A stretch of DNA of 64,000 bases from Takakia lepidozioides (Eukaryota > Plantae > Bryophyta), in NCBI GenBank assembly GCA_030704615.1, contig CM060734.1, forward strand, positions 46,004,001-46,068,000. The letters are read 5' to 3'. Position numbers and translations under genes: made by a program. The notes beneath the pieces are model-generated. The model was not told where the DNA came from. It did no database searches and worked only from the letters and a program-made list of their open reading frames with translations. The stretch's first letter is position 1; each line of letters begins with the position of its first letter. This document shows, one piece after another, positions 51,278 to 64,000 of the stretch.

Positions 51278-51822
51278 TGAACTTGATGGGTGCTAGGCCT
51301 TCCTTGTGCACAGCTGTTGAGGTTGACATCACCTAAATAACGGCTAGTTCTAGATGCTGACAGACTAGAGTATAATTGAATGAAACACAGAATGTTGTTA
51401 AAGTGAGAAAAGGTTCACAATTCGAATTGATGCCTCAATCCAATGTGTGGCAGCAACTAAAACCATCAGGCATGCGAGAGAAAAGGCTTAGGAGACTGCG
51501 CTTATGAGACTGCTATCCGAGACATAATTACTATGGGCTGGTGCATACCATGGCGAAAAAGTATCGGTGCAATATCCCAAAACCTCAAATACTCGTGGAC
51601 AGCAAGGATTTGGTTTATATGAATCGAGACAAGGATAAGTTTTGATTAGATTCGTTCTTGCTTTCACCCTTGGCTTTGCTTTGATTTGTGAACTATAGGG
51701 AAAGTCTGAGCTAATGGTCTTTGATCAAAATTCAGAGGGTTTAGGGTTTAGGCTGCTGAATCACCCAGTCCATATTCTGAGCTCTTCTTCCAGGCGCATA
51801 CTGCCCACCCCTTTTTGAACAG

Positions 51823-51824
<2 letters not shown>

Positions 51825-51858
<34 letters not shown>
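51825..51858. repeat. (TC)n microsatellite
   Basis: Seen directly in the sequence. Confidence 0.9.
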
Positions 51859-51860
<2 letters not shown>

Positions 51861-54462
51861 CTGTTGTTGACAGGGAAAAATAGAGATGATTCCCGAAAAT
51901 GAATTTTCTTCAGCTGCTGGAGAGCGATCCAGAATCATACTCAGTCGTAACCACACTGTGAAGGGTTAGATCCTCCGGGGTCAATGTCACAACCTCCGGA
52001 TGGCATTGCATCCCTCCCTCGCTGTATAACTTAAAAACCAAGAGAATTTTTTCACAGAAATAGCTGGGACAAACGTACCTCATGTGAAATGCGGTTCAGA
52101 CGAGGATAGAGGCAAGAATTGCGAAGCGAAAACGCCCACTTTTGTACCAACTGGCCCCGACCCATCACCCCAATGCGGGCCAACAGGCCGATGGGAAGTC
52201 GATATTATGGGCTTGTTGCGTTGTATAGATCGATGAAGCTCTGATCGCTGTTTCAAGCTCTCCGTAACCAAATTTCTTCTCGTCCTCTCCCACTGCACGG
52301 GCCCAAATGAGACGTGGGTAGAAGCCTTTGTTAAACGTTCGTACCTTCGTCGCTGTGTTGGACGTGCTTGACGTCGTTGCTGCGAGATCGGTGCAACTAT
52401 TCGTTCATATCTTCGCGCTCTATTTTTATGTTAACATTCCATGGAGTCCATGTGTAAGTCAGTGAGCTTGAGATTGCAATGTAGAAAAGACAACTTAGAG
52501 TTTTGAGTCTCACCATTCAAACTAAGGTAGTCAAGATGTGCTTGCATATTGTTTCTTGTGGCCACTTATGTTCCTGACGAAAAGAACAGCCATACATTCT
52601 TGTTGTGCGTCGTTTCTCATGGGAGCTTCATTGTGTGTCTCAGGTGTCAGCCTCCATGATGCATGCTTTTTTTTTTAATGTCAACCTCTAGTTTCCAAGT
52701 GTGGAGCTCCAACATCCTAGTAATCTTCTGGAGACAGTTGCAAACCCTTTTGAATTATCTCTATTTTTTGCATTTGACCGTCCTGTCTTCCACACTGTCC
52801 TTGTGTGAGGAGTAAATGACAAGGTGATTGAATGCAATATGGATGTGGTGTGAGGTGAGCTCTGAAAACTAATAAATCCAGCCTAGCTAGCATCCTCATC
52901 TACACATGGAAAAGGGAGGGCCATGCTCTCCCTTAGTCTAGTACCAAATGAACTCCATGCCCTTTTAGAACTCACTACCATGAACCGCTCCATTCTTGCA
53001 TGCCAAGACCTGTTGGATTACTCGATTTGCAGTTCTCTCAAGAATGTCTGAAGCTGCTCCTCAGCTGTTGACTGTCACCCATTTGTTTTCATTAAGATCC
53101 AACATGACCTTGAAGATCTCGTGTCGGGCTCTACCACATTCTTTCTCAACAACTTGATGAGTGCAAAGTGAAGCTTGTTCCTCCGAGTACGAATGGAGCC
53201 CATCACAATGGTGAGAGTTGGAAGAACAGTAGATGTGAGCATCCACCTCCACGATTCACCCAGAGACAAAGCAATGGTTGCAGACTAATTCCAAGAAAAT
53301 CCAAGCCACGGGGGTCACTTTCGGCCTCACCACAGTTTGGCCGCACTGCTCCGCCTACATGCATCTCTCCAAGCCTGAGAATCCTTTGCGGGGCAGTTAT
53401 CTATGTTATTTTCTTGTGCTCTCAAGCCTTGCAAGGCATGTCCTTTATGACAGAAAGTTCAAAAGGGGCAGTGAAAGTTTGGTACTGGATCAGGATACTC
53501 ATTTTGCAAGAAGTCAAACCACCAAGATAAGACAGTCAAAAGAGCTGCTCTGCAATTATACAAAGGGTTTTCTAACAATGCATAACAATCACAAACTGCA
53601 TTTCCATTTCATAAAGCCGGGAGAGAAAACCTGGATCTGGTTATTGACAAGGAGGACAAACATTTCAAGGCAAGTTAGGTACTAGGTGATAAGTGATTGC
53701 CTTCATAACCCAAGAACATGACCCCCACACGAACACACCCCCATAGAAAGAAAACTGAAAAGGAAAGTTCCCTTCAAAGCACAGAGCTCACAATAAGTGA
53801 TGTCTGAAAAGTTATTCTTTCTCCATCAAGGAAAGACACAATGGCAGTGAAAAGTGTCCCTCCTTCATAAATGTGCTGATCACAACTGCAACCATGGCGA
53901 GATCTCCCTAGTATTGAGACAAGCCCCTGTGCTTGCCGGATTTACTCTCCCATGAGATGGATCAACATAAGTAAATTCAAATCTGCCAAAACTTGAGAGC
54001 CCTAAATTGAAGAAATTGTTGCTGTGACACATCTATTGCAGTGAAGGCTCCAAGCAAGCTTAACTTGAAGGGCTCAACTATACATTGCAACTTGTGGAAG
54101 AGCATATGTCACACTAAGTAAAAACATTGTGATACACTTTACCATGGCATATTGACGATTGTGTGTCCTTCTAAGTCCACCTTAGGCTCGGAGCTGTGTA
54201 GTTTCTGCTCAATCTGCATGGAGCCCCCTCAGCTCTCCCTGAGCCTATGACTTGCTCACTGGCAATTGAGTCCATTGATATTTTCATTTCCATATAGGCC
54301 TGAAATGCCGTCAATTGTAGTCTCTGCCTCAATTGCAACAGTGACTTCCACCAGTATAACTTCAATTTAAATAATCACTAGATTCTCAACGAACATACAG
54401 ACCAGCTGCTGCTCACCTTTGTGCTGGGCTCCCAGAGGACTGAACATCAAGATTACTGATAC

Positions 54463-56166
54463 TCAAGAGTTACAAAGTCTTGGTTTTCGGTGTCTCTGGT
54501 ATGTAAGCACCATAAGAAATTCCTTAGGTAGACTATGATCCAGAGGCCCATTGTCATTGGCCAAACTACCTTCACCCCTAGTGATCGAGGGGTCTGCAAC
54601 AGTCTGAGCAGTGAACCAAATATCCCGAACACTTTCCAGGGGCAAACTGGAAACCACCGGCTGACCCCGACAGGTGATTTCCACCTCCATCTCACTTTTG
54701 AGTGAGAATTTCTGGACTAGGTACTTCTTCACGTGGAAAACAGGTAACTTTCCATCTTTAATTCTCAAATAAGGTGACGCCAGTTGAGGCATCGCATTGT
54801 CTCCTTCTTGGTTAAGTGCAGCCTGAAGGTGAAACCAGATTCCATTGGGAGAAGTTCTTGAATATGGTGTTGACCCGGCTGGTCCAGAAAATAGGCAGGG
54901 ACTTTTAAGGGTCGAGGGCCGATCTATTACTGCATTCACAAGCTGCTTTGAGTGTGAACCGTGTTGGTGTTGCCCTCCTTGGTGTGAGTTTGAAGTTGCA
55001 GGTGATCCGTCCTTGAAATTCGAAGCTACTCTGGCAATGCCCCCGCCCCTATTATCCCCATCTCTGCCCAAGTTTTGAGCAAAATCTCCTCTTGGGTGTT
55101 TTACCGATAATTCCTTCCCTGGCTTGAGCAAAGATAATGGAGGCGGTGCCGCTGCACCTGAATGTTCCTCTACCTTTGCTGCATCTACACCAGCCGCTTG
55201 AGCAAGAGTAACCAAGCCAGATGCCACTAACTCTAGGCTCCTCCCTGGGGTGGCAGAAGAGAGAGACTTTCTTGGTGCCCCATTGGGTGTCGCTCCATTT
55301 CGAGATGCTGGAACTAACTTCTTGAACAAATTGCCGACATGCATCTTAGAGCGTTGGGCAAGTTGCTGACCGAGCTTCGACATAGGCATGCCGGGTGGTT
55401 GATCAGGTGGGTGCGACGGCCTATGAGAGCCCGACATGGCAGCTGCCGAAGAGACCTCCGAAAACTTCTGCAAATCATCACCTTGGTTCTGTATTGTTGC
55501 TAACGCTGCGGCCGTCTCCTGCGTTTCAATTTCTGTTTCTGGCAATCTCTGCTTGTCCTCGACATGCACACCAACGGCCGCTGGCAAATCTCTACTGACG
55601 ATGAGACCCTCAACTTGCAACTTTGCTGGGCCACCGTCCTTTACGTCCCTAACTTCAGCCCGCGCAACGGTTTGCCCCGAAACAGGTGCCAAAGCATCAC
55701 TTTCAGCTTCCTCTTCGTCTTCGCTGCTGTGAATATCTACTATGCCCGGATAAGCCCTGGTTGTGCGATTTGCAAGCCCTGGATTGGCCACAGCCGGCAA
55801 ATCACTAACCCCAAGAGAATACAAAGATCTTTCCTTCCTTTTGGCAGAGGTTGAACTGCGGGGACTACTCAGTGTTTTCCTCTTCCTCAGAATCTTTGTC
55901 TTAACATCATCTAGCTGGTGATCCGCCTTCAATTTCTCCAACGGATTGGTGCCCAGGCTGACATTGCACATAGGGCAGGCATCTGACTCGCCATCGCTGA
56001 GCCGGCCGTGTATGCAATCCTTGCAAAAGGTGTGAAGGCACTCGGAGATTGTGGTTGCTTCTCGAAACAAAAAACTGCAGAGAGGGCATGTCAGACAGGC
56101 CACAACTGGGGCCTTGGGTACATCCAAATCCATAGTGAACAGACCATTTTTCCGATGGAAGGGCAT
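54463..56166 (-). CDS. BMI1: BMI1/DRIP-like PRC1 RING E3 ligase with C-terminal RAWUL domain; intronless (~567 aa from ATG 56166)
   Basis: LTCPLCSFLFREATTISECLHTFCKDCI..CPMC..LKADHQL (C3HC4 RING), KRKERSL, and IWFHLQA..PQLASPYLRIKDGKLPV..KKYLVQK..EVEITCRGQPV (RAWUL). Confidence 0.92.
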   Translation of the reverse strand: MPFHRKNGLFTMDLDVPKAPVVACLTCPLCSFLFREATTISECLHTFCKDCIHGRLSDGESDACPMCNVSLGTNPLEKLKADHQLDDVKTKILRKRKTLSSPRSSTSAKRKERSLYSLGVSDLPAVANPGLANRTTRAYPGIVDIHSSEDEEEAESDALAPVSGQTVARAEVRDVKDGGPAKLQVEGLIVSRDLPAAVGVHVEDKQRLPETEIETQETAAALATIQNQGDDLQKFSEVSSAAAMSGSHRPSHPPDQPPGMPMSKLGQQLAQRSKMHVGNLFKKLVPASRNGATPNGAPRKSLSSATPGRSLELVASGLVTLAQAAGVDAAKVEEHSGAAAPPPLSLLKPGKELSVKHPRGDFAQNLGRDGDNRGGGIARVASNFKDGSPATSNSHQGGQHQHGSHSKQLVNAVIDRPSTLKSPCLFSGPAGSTPYSRTSPNGIWFHLQAALNQEGDNAMPQLASPYLRIKDGKLPVFHVKKYLVQKFSLKSEMEVEITCRGQPVVSSLPLESVRDIWFTAQTVADPSITRGEGSLANDNGPLDHSLPKEFLMVLTYQRHRKPRLCNS

Positions 56167-57587
56167 CCTAACCCTCTCCTCTATCTCCCACCTAATCGTT
56201 TGGGACCCAACAAACCCCAGTGAAGAATCCCTGCGCGCGAATCCTTCTGTGAGCCTGGCTCTGACATCACCCACCAACAATCCACAACAAACAATCTCCG
56301 CTTCCTTTTGTGAAGACTCTTCTCACTTGCTCACTTGAATGTCCTCATTAGGGTTGCCAGCCATGCATCCCATTCCCTATGGGCCATGGCCATACCCATG
56401 GGGATATATCCAACTTACTTCAGGATGTATGGAATCTTTTGTTATTTTTGGATACCTCACACTCTTTGCATGGCCCACAAGCCCAGCAAGGTGTCTTCGA
56501 AGAGACATCATTCCCACTTCGGTAGAGAAACAGAAGGAAGATAAGTTAGACACTTTCTGAATGGAAAAGCACAAATGCATCTACTTCAATCTATGGCTCG
56601 TTGTTATCTCCTTCATTGTTATCTCTAATGGGTTACTGCTTGCCCCAGAAGTCGGGTTGGGTTCTCTCTTTCAGAGGTTTGCTTCAATTCAATTCTGTGG
56701 GAATGAGGGAACAAAAGATTACACATGGAAAGCTTGATCCTAGTGTAGCCACAGTTACATGTTTTTCTTTTTTGGGGGGGACACAGGCCCTTCACATCAT
56801 TTTAGAAGAAGTGGAGGAAAACATATCCTTAACAGAAGGGCCATGAGGCTGTACAAGAGTGGGCTTCTGCCCAGAACCAGCTACCATGGCAAGCTAATAA
56901 GGGTACATGTTCTACATGTAACTAGCTTTCAAAGCTCCATTACAGACATCTCCCTTCTAAGCCTTTCACTAAACTGAAGCTCTTGAGAATGTGACCAGGA
57001 AGGAAGGATCTCAGTCAATGTGCTAAAAAATGAAGGCCCCAAGGTTACAGAGAGAGCCTTGTGAAGGACTAATACTAGCCATCAAATTCAAATGGCAAAA
57101 CTGGAATCACTTGTGTTTGTTGTCCTAACTGAAATGCCACTGGATCTCTTCAGCATTATCTGCACTTTTGAGTTCCTTCAAGGAGTTCGAACATCACTTT
57201 CGCTTTTGACACTCATTTACAGAACCAATGGGCCAAGTCTCACTGCAACAGCTATTATTGTCAAGCATGACCGCCACATATCTCCTCACAAGATTTTGAT
57301 GACTCTACAGTTTCAGCAATGCTGGTATAATCTACTTCTGTACAAAACAATTGATCCCCAACCCATGCCAAACCTGCCAAATCTTGAGAGAGGTTTAAGC
57401 TGACGAACTCAGCTGCCACTGAAAGTTCCAAGCAGGCTTGGCCTGTCAAATTCATTGCTCTGTGCACTGAAGCTCTTGCAAGCTATCTAGTCCTGTGCCA
57501 AAACACTGCAGGTTATTGCCTCTCCTGCCTTCTAGGCTCTAAATTGCATAGTTTCTAACTCACCTCTACAAGAGTCTATACGATTGC

Positions 57588-60500
57588 TCAGTCAGTCTTG
57601 ACATCCTTTGCATCCCTTGGCCTTTTCATCCCAGCTCTACACCCTCTAATTGTGCTCTCACCCAAATTTCGAGCAATATCTTCTACCCCTCTCACGGTTT
57701 CATTAACATAGTCAAGGGTTTCCTCCAATGGAGGCACAGACCAGCTGCTGGTAGCCTCTGTGCTTCTGGGCTCCCTAGAGGACTCTCCACTTCCCTGACT
57801 TTGACTACCCCATGCTCCCTCAGCCCCAACCTCCCCTATTCCACTATCGCTCTCCTTGGGACCAGAGGTAGTAGTCAAAGTCTCCTCTGTTCCACTTAGA
57901 ACCTCTGGTTCTTTCTTGCGGATGAGCACTTTCTTAGGGACCCTCATAGGTCGTCCTGTCGGTAACTCATCCTGGAAATTGACTCGCTTCCTGACTCCCC
58001 CTTGTATCCCACCCCTCTTCCCACCCCTCTTCGGCACTTCATGATCACTCCCTTGTGAGGGTCCACTGTTAGTATCCTCAACAAACCCTGCCGTAAATCC
58101 CCGGATCAATGCTGTCGGCAACAAGACTTGGCGACAACAACAAAGAACTAGGAGGATTTCAAACAAGAACAAGCTTAACCCACTCCACACATACAATGTC
58201 CACTTCCACTTTCGGAGCATCTCCTTCATCCATGGCAGGTTTGATACAAGCTCCAATTCAGCACCATACAGCTCAGGCAGGCAAGCCCCCACTGGGCACC
58301 CTGCCTTGGCCTTCAGCAGAACACGCACACTTGCCGTTGGGACCATTCTCTCCTCTTGGTTTTCTATGACGCGGAGTGCTATGGTTTGTGACTCGGACAG
58401 TAGTCCCATGAGCAGTGGTACGCCCAAAAGTATGTTCTTGACATATCGCACAGGGGAACTATGAAACTGTAGCATGCATGGCCGGGTCGCTTGGTGCAGC
58501 ACTTGTCCTCTCACTGACAGCAACTCCACAGTGACCTGCCAGCAATTTCATCACATCGATGAGACCTTCCTCTTCCACTCGAGCAAGTATCAAACCAACC
58601 CATGGATGGTACTCATGGTCAAGTTAAGCTCAACTGGTTTGGGAAAAGACACCCACCCCTCATACTCTACATGTGCACATGATGTTCCAGGTTCTGACGC
58701 TGTGTAACGAGAATTGTCTGAGCAAGTGCTCCTCAACAAATTGAAGAACCTCTCTTGCCTCTTATTGCTCCATTTGCAATATTCAAGGTAAGGTGTAGCT
58801 GTCCCTTTTGTCTGGATTCCGAGGTACATGGGTAAGGAAATAATTCCTTTAGTAACAAGCTTCCTGGAGACAAGATACAAAGCCAGCATACGCTCTTTCA
58901 CAAAGGTAGATCCAACAGCTTCATGTTTCATTGAGCCTAAATCGACATGATTTTGCTCTCTTCCTGCTATTAAGGTGTTCCATCCCTCTCTTTGTTTGGT
59001 CCATTCTGCTCTCTTGGACCCGGGAGCGTTAATGACCATGATGCTGTGATAAGCACTGCCTAAAGCAACTATCCTGCCCACCACACCTTGACGTGGAGAA
59101 TGGGTTAAGGATGCTTAGCAGCAACTTCATTATACTCAACACACCCATCCTACCCATCCTCATGATGCCAATGCTTTGCAGGCCATCAAGCTGAGAGGAC
59201 AGGAGAGAGGGAAGCTCCATAACGTCTACAGGGAGCCTAGAGTGAGAGAGAGCGAAAGAAAGAGAAGGACATGTTATATATTGCGTTAAGTAATCTATTG
59301 CGGCCAAGGGACCCAGAGTTTCGATAGTACAATGAATTGGAAGGGAATCGGTGTCTTAACCCAGTATTATGGAGTCATGGTCTGAACTTGGTCTTCATAG
59401 AGGCCTGGAGAGCCTATCGAACCTGACACGCAGTGACACCACTGACAAACATGTCAAGGAAAATGAGGGAGAGAAAGAGCGACACACCTGAAACACGCCA
59501 AGATGTCGGTTGTAGTCCGACTCGGGAAGCGTAAGATAGACAGTGACGTGGAACTTGTGAGAGGGAGGGATAGCACGGAAGGCGACAACCTTGTGGGGTT
59601 GAGTTACTGCCAATTCCTTGGCTTTGGTCAGTGAGGGCGGAGGCAGGAGATGGACCACAGCACATGGCTCAGGCTGTGAGTAATCAAAATACAAAACCTC
59701 TCGAGTGTGATATGGCTCCTCCACAATACTTCTTACCAGAAAAAAGTCAAGGAAAAGTGCAGGGATTAAGAGCGTGCTCAGCATGAAGATCACATAAGAC
59801 GCTGCCAAGCATCCATAACCCATTCTCCATGTCGTTTGTCTCAACAGAGGCCCTGTTTGCGATAGCCCTTCCTTGACCGTGGGTTTTATCTGGGTGATGA
59901 GAGCGTACGCATCACCAATTGCCCTAGCCAACAAATCTTTGGCCTGCAATGTCTTGTGAATTGGCATTACCATCAATGCATACAGACAACCCAGAACCCA
60001 AACACCGAAGTATACCGCCTGCACCATCAACTTGATCTGAAACCCAATAATTTCAATCAAAAAGCCTGCCGGCCATAGAAGGATCTGACTTTCAACTTCC
60101 CCACCTTCACCAGATTCTCCTCCCGGCAATTTATACACCTCCCTTGCCACAATTTTCTCGTCAGAGGCTTCAACCACATCTGGCCTCTTTGGCCCCCATT
60201 CCCCCACACCCGTCATCGTACTTAACCCCTCCACCAGCTCATCATCGTCTATTCGATCGCCTCTGCTTACACTGGAGCTCGCATCGTCACTGCCCAATGC
60301 TTCCAGAGTATCTAACCCACTTCTCCCGCGCTCCCTCCCGTCCACCCCAAGTTCGGCCCCCTCAACAAACTCGACTTCCTCGACCACAATCTCTTCTTCA
60401 TCAGTGTAAACGTCCTCCTCTCCTCCATCATCTCCAGATTCGAACCCCGACGGCCATAAGCGACCCTGACCCATAGGAACAACAACCTTAACACTCGAAA

Positions 60501-60747
60501 CCCCTTCTTCTTTATCTTCCCTTTCCAAACCCTCTGCTCTGCTTCCCCGGTCATCATTCTCTTCAGCTGCTGCAATCTCCTTACCCATGGGAGCCACTTC
60601 GGAGACCACTTCGGGTATCACTACTTTAAGTGCTTTAATAAGAGAACCGGCCCCAGCTGCAATTGTCACTTCTTCCGCATCATCCCCTCCCCCTTCTTCT
60701 CCCACAACTTCCTCTCCCGAAACAAATCCATCCGACTCCAGCTCCAT
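57588..60747 (-). CDS. SEIPIN: Seipin family protein (~735 aa), exons 60747-59488 and 58535-57588
   Basis: IIGFQIKL..GYGCL..LYFDYSQPEP..LTLPESDYNRHLGVFQ|VTVELLS..RPCMLQFHS..SESQT..PELYGAEL..WKWTLYVW; phase-0 intron at 59487-58536; acidic N-terminus. Confidence 0.93.
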
Positions 60748-61789
60748 TGCCTGCTACCACACAACCGCTCCCGATTCCTTCTGAAATTCTCGAACAAAAC
60801 TCAAATTGCAAGCCTGTGATGATCTCGTGGCCACCCTCGACTCGAGATCGGAGGCCGGAATTTTGAGTCTGAATCTGCGCATCGATGGAATGCAACAACG
60901 GGATTGCAGTGCAGTGTCTTTGTTTGTGGAATGTGGCTTCTTCTTCCTCGTGCATGCCACGTGCTCATAATGACACGTGTCAGTACAGATGTCAACAGCT
61001 CAACTAACTAAAAACGTAAGGTTGCATGGTCACTTCACTGCAATTCAGAGCTCACTTGGATTGCTTGTGTTGCATGTGATCAGTCTCTGTGATGTGACCA
61101 AGCTTTTCATCAGTCCAGAGCCAACTCACATCATACTTCACACATTGCAGATGTCTGGGACTGTCTTATTTGGATTTCTAGCCTTGGAATGTCGAAGTAA
61201 GACTGTGTCATTATCGATGGGCAGCAGTTGCGAAGGTCCCTCTATTTTTTGGGTAGAAACTTGGAGATGGAGATTCATGCCCCTGGAAAAATAGTGTGTA
61301 GGGCATCCGAGTACGAGAGTGCAGTCTCACGAGTGTCATTTCAAAGATTTGGCTCTTCCATGACTGAAGTCTTGATGGCAAAGCTGACTCCTAGCAATGA
61401 AGTTTCCTTCTTTGGTTTGGAAGATTCTTGTTGCAGCTCTTGTGGGAGCCCAATTCTATGGGATAGTGAACAGTTTTCTGGTGTAGTGTCAACTGGCGAG
61501 TGCATGGAGAAGAAAATCATGGCTTGCACCATATATATTGCAAAGTGATGATAGTGGTGCAAAGTGATGATAGTGGTGCAAACCCAAGAAGTATTGAGAT
61601 GGATTTGCTCTGAGGAAATGACTTTCCCAGTCCATTATCTGGATTAATGAAGGCCCCAACTATGGCACAAAAGCTTCATCCAACGAGTTAGGCATGGCTA
61701 TACCATTGGGGTTCTGACTATTGGCATACTGCAAATAATGTGTCCACCTTCGGCATGGAGCTTGGTATCAACATGACATCACTTCATCT

Positions 61790-61900
61790 TCTTCCATCTC
61801 ATGTCAGATGGACACAACCTTTATCAATGGCACCTAAGCCAGAGACGCTATGTAGGCATAATCCAGAATCCTCATACCAAATGAGGACACAGTTATTTTA
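61790..61900 (+). mobile_element. Possible highly decayed Copia RT fragment
   Basis: cagatggacacaacctttatcaatggc translates to QMDTTFING, resembling QMDVKTAFLNG. Confidence 0.3.
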
Positions 61901-63692
61901 GAAGTGTTTATCAAGAATATGTTGTACGACGTCAGCGCCATCCCAATGTAATGAAGGAGTTTTGACCTGTAAACAAGGCCAACCTTAGCTCATGTATGTA
62001 AACCTCTTGACCTAGACCCTACCAGCTTATCTTGAACATCTTATCCAGAATTTGCTTACATGCAGGCCCCCTACCATTCCAGCAAAAATCACTAAAGCAA
62101 TTTCTAGACTAGTACATAGTAACCAAGCTTCCGAGGGCTCAAGTAGGTAGAGACTACAAGTGACATCATCCAACCTTTCAGCCCTTCTCTTCTGAGCTCT
62201 CTTTCGCTTGTCATAGGCTGTGCAGTAAACAAACAAAGAACCCCTCCCAACAGAAGACTCCCTTCCTCTATCACGATGGTCTTCAGGCTAAGAAGCCCTG
62301 GTACAGGTCTGTTGATTAAGAAAATAGAAATCATGCCTGTATTGCATTGTGAGCCATGAAGCGAGAAGCAGCTCCTGCAAAACTGACATCAATCCTTTTC
62401 CATGCTACTTGCTGGAGCCCCACCACCATTTCTTCTGAAAGCCAGCAGGATCTCTGTGAATCTCATGAAGCTCCAGGGAAGAGAGACAGAGAGAGGATTA
62501 GAGAGAGGAGAGAAAAGAATGTGGGTCTAGCAATAAGACGCTGTGGGTGTACTTTGTTCCCCATAACCTTCCTGCCATCAGCCCAATTAGATGGTAAACC
62601 ACACCAGGCCCTCAGCGGAAAAAAAGAATTAAAGAAAGAAAATTATAAGCATCCATGGGGTGGCAGAGGGGGACAAGTGACAGACAGACAGACAGACGCA
62701 GAGAGAGAGACAGAAAGAGAGAGAGAGAAAGCTTCAGCAGCAAGCTGAGGCTGTGTACTCATTTCATTCACAGGAGGCTCGAAGCCCTCAGATGATGCAT
62801 CTTCCAAGAAGGGGGGTAGGACTTCCTCCCGTACAATATGAGGGTATTTTGGATCAACTGGTTCATGTACTATCTGCTTGTGAAGGTAAACAAGGATAAG
62901 ATTAATAGTAATTGAGAAAATGGTGTCAAGGGGAAATGATGTAATTGTGGAATAAAATCATCAGACATATGGTTGCCCCATAAGTGACATGCTTCTAGAA
63001 CTCAATACTTCAGCTGCTTGCAAACCCCCTAAGCTGGAACAAACTCAATAAATGGAACCCAAGAAAGACACAGTTCAAGCAAAAACCTGAGGCATTTCTG
63101 ATACCCTCCGTATTGATGCTGTCCGCCACCCAACCATGTCTATGAAGCACAGATGTCAAGGTTCCACCAAGTTCATTAACAAAACGGCAAAACATCACAA
63201 CCCTCGCTTGGATGCTGTTGAACAAATCTCCATTAACTCATAGGCTCTGTGGGTAACAACAACTCTGGCTGTAGATATTGCATTACGCTCGTCACAAACA
63301 TGAAGTGACCTTAACTGGCAGAGCAAAAGAGTGAACGGAGCGGATACGGTCGTACACAACATTTGCATATGTAGAACGATGACTGAAGGCACGCAAAGCT
63401 GATCTACAGGTCGGGAAAAACCCACTCCCATCACCATCCTTGCAATCCTAAACCACCAAAAATACAACTGGGACAGACATATCATGAGAAGCATAGGCAA
63501 TTTGCAACTTGTAGCTTCTCTGAACTGAATGAGGAGGACGATATATTGTTCAATATATACTTCTATCCTGTTCATGAACCATGCCAGATTTAACAAAAAC
63601 CCTCAGAAGACAAGTTGGGATGAAGAAATTGACAATCTCCGCTCTCTCTTTCTCTTCCACTCTATCTATATATCGATAGATCTCTAAGCCAG

Positions 63693-64000
63693 ATTATCCA
63701 GGGAAGGAAAAAAGAAGGGAAACCCACTTATGTCTTTTTCCTGGATGTCAAAAAGGCTTATGACACAGTGTGGAGGGATGGCCTATGGTTCCGCCTCTGG
63801 TCTTGTGGGATCAAGGGAAAGATGTGGAGAGTTGTCCACAACTTGTATGCTCACACCAAAAGCTGTGTCACTGTTAACGGACAGAAGTCCAACTTCTTTG
63901 ACATAGACCAAGGTGTAGCTCAAGGATGTACTCTCTCCCCTCTGCTCTTCAATGTTTTCATCAATCAACTCCTCGAGGATGTGGAAAGTGAGGGATTTGG
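63693..64000 (+). mobile_element. LINE reverse transcriptase fragment, 5'-truncated, runs off the window
   Basis: Manual translation: YVFFLDVKKAYDTVWRDGLW..GIKGKMW..LY..QGVAQGCTLSPLLFNVFI. Confidence 0.9.

Noticed and set aside
48900-53550. Possible decayed gene fragments (F-box- or kinase-like hints near 49400-49900, 52200-52300 and 52950-53500)
   Set aside because: Only vague resemblance with multiple stops; not supportable without a search.
63010-63596. Minus-strand ORFs of 71-133 aa
   Set aside because: No recognisable family, and stops occur in the most protein-like frame.

Overview
Repeat-rich eukaryotic nuclear DNA from a land plant. A PLS-DYW PPR remnant, plant-type PrimPol, seipin and BMI1 genes and GT-AG introns show this; a non-seed lineage is my guess only. 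The left ~34 kb is a nest of transposons: three partial copies of a Mutator-like DNA transposon family whose transposase has GCM-like, MULE-DDE and SWIM domains; a full-length Ty3/Gypsy element (13857-26052, TSD AACAC, RT core deleted); LINE fragments; tandem non-autonomous Helitrons; and a CACTA end. The right ~27 kb carries host genes: PrimPol (-), two tail-to-tail seipin paralogs and an intronless BMI1/DRIP-like RING-RAWUL gene. The most notable observation is that the second Mutator-like copy carries a spliced gene for a prokaryotic-type beta-class amino (N6-adenine/N4-cytosine) DNA methyltransferase. That gene lies inside a family terminal repeat and, once the Gypsy insertion is removed, sits divergently next to the transposase. 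This suggests a GCM-MULE transposon family with its own DNA methyltransferase. All copies here are degenerate, and all domain calls are by-eye motif recognition, not database searches.
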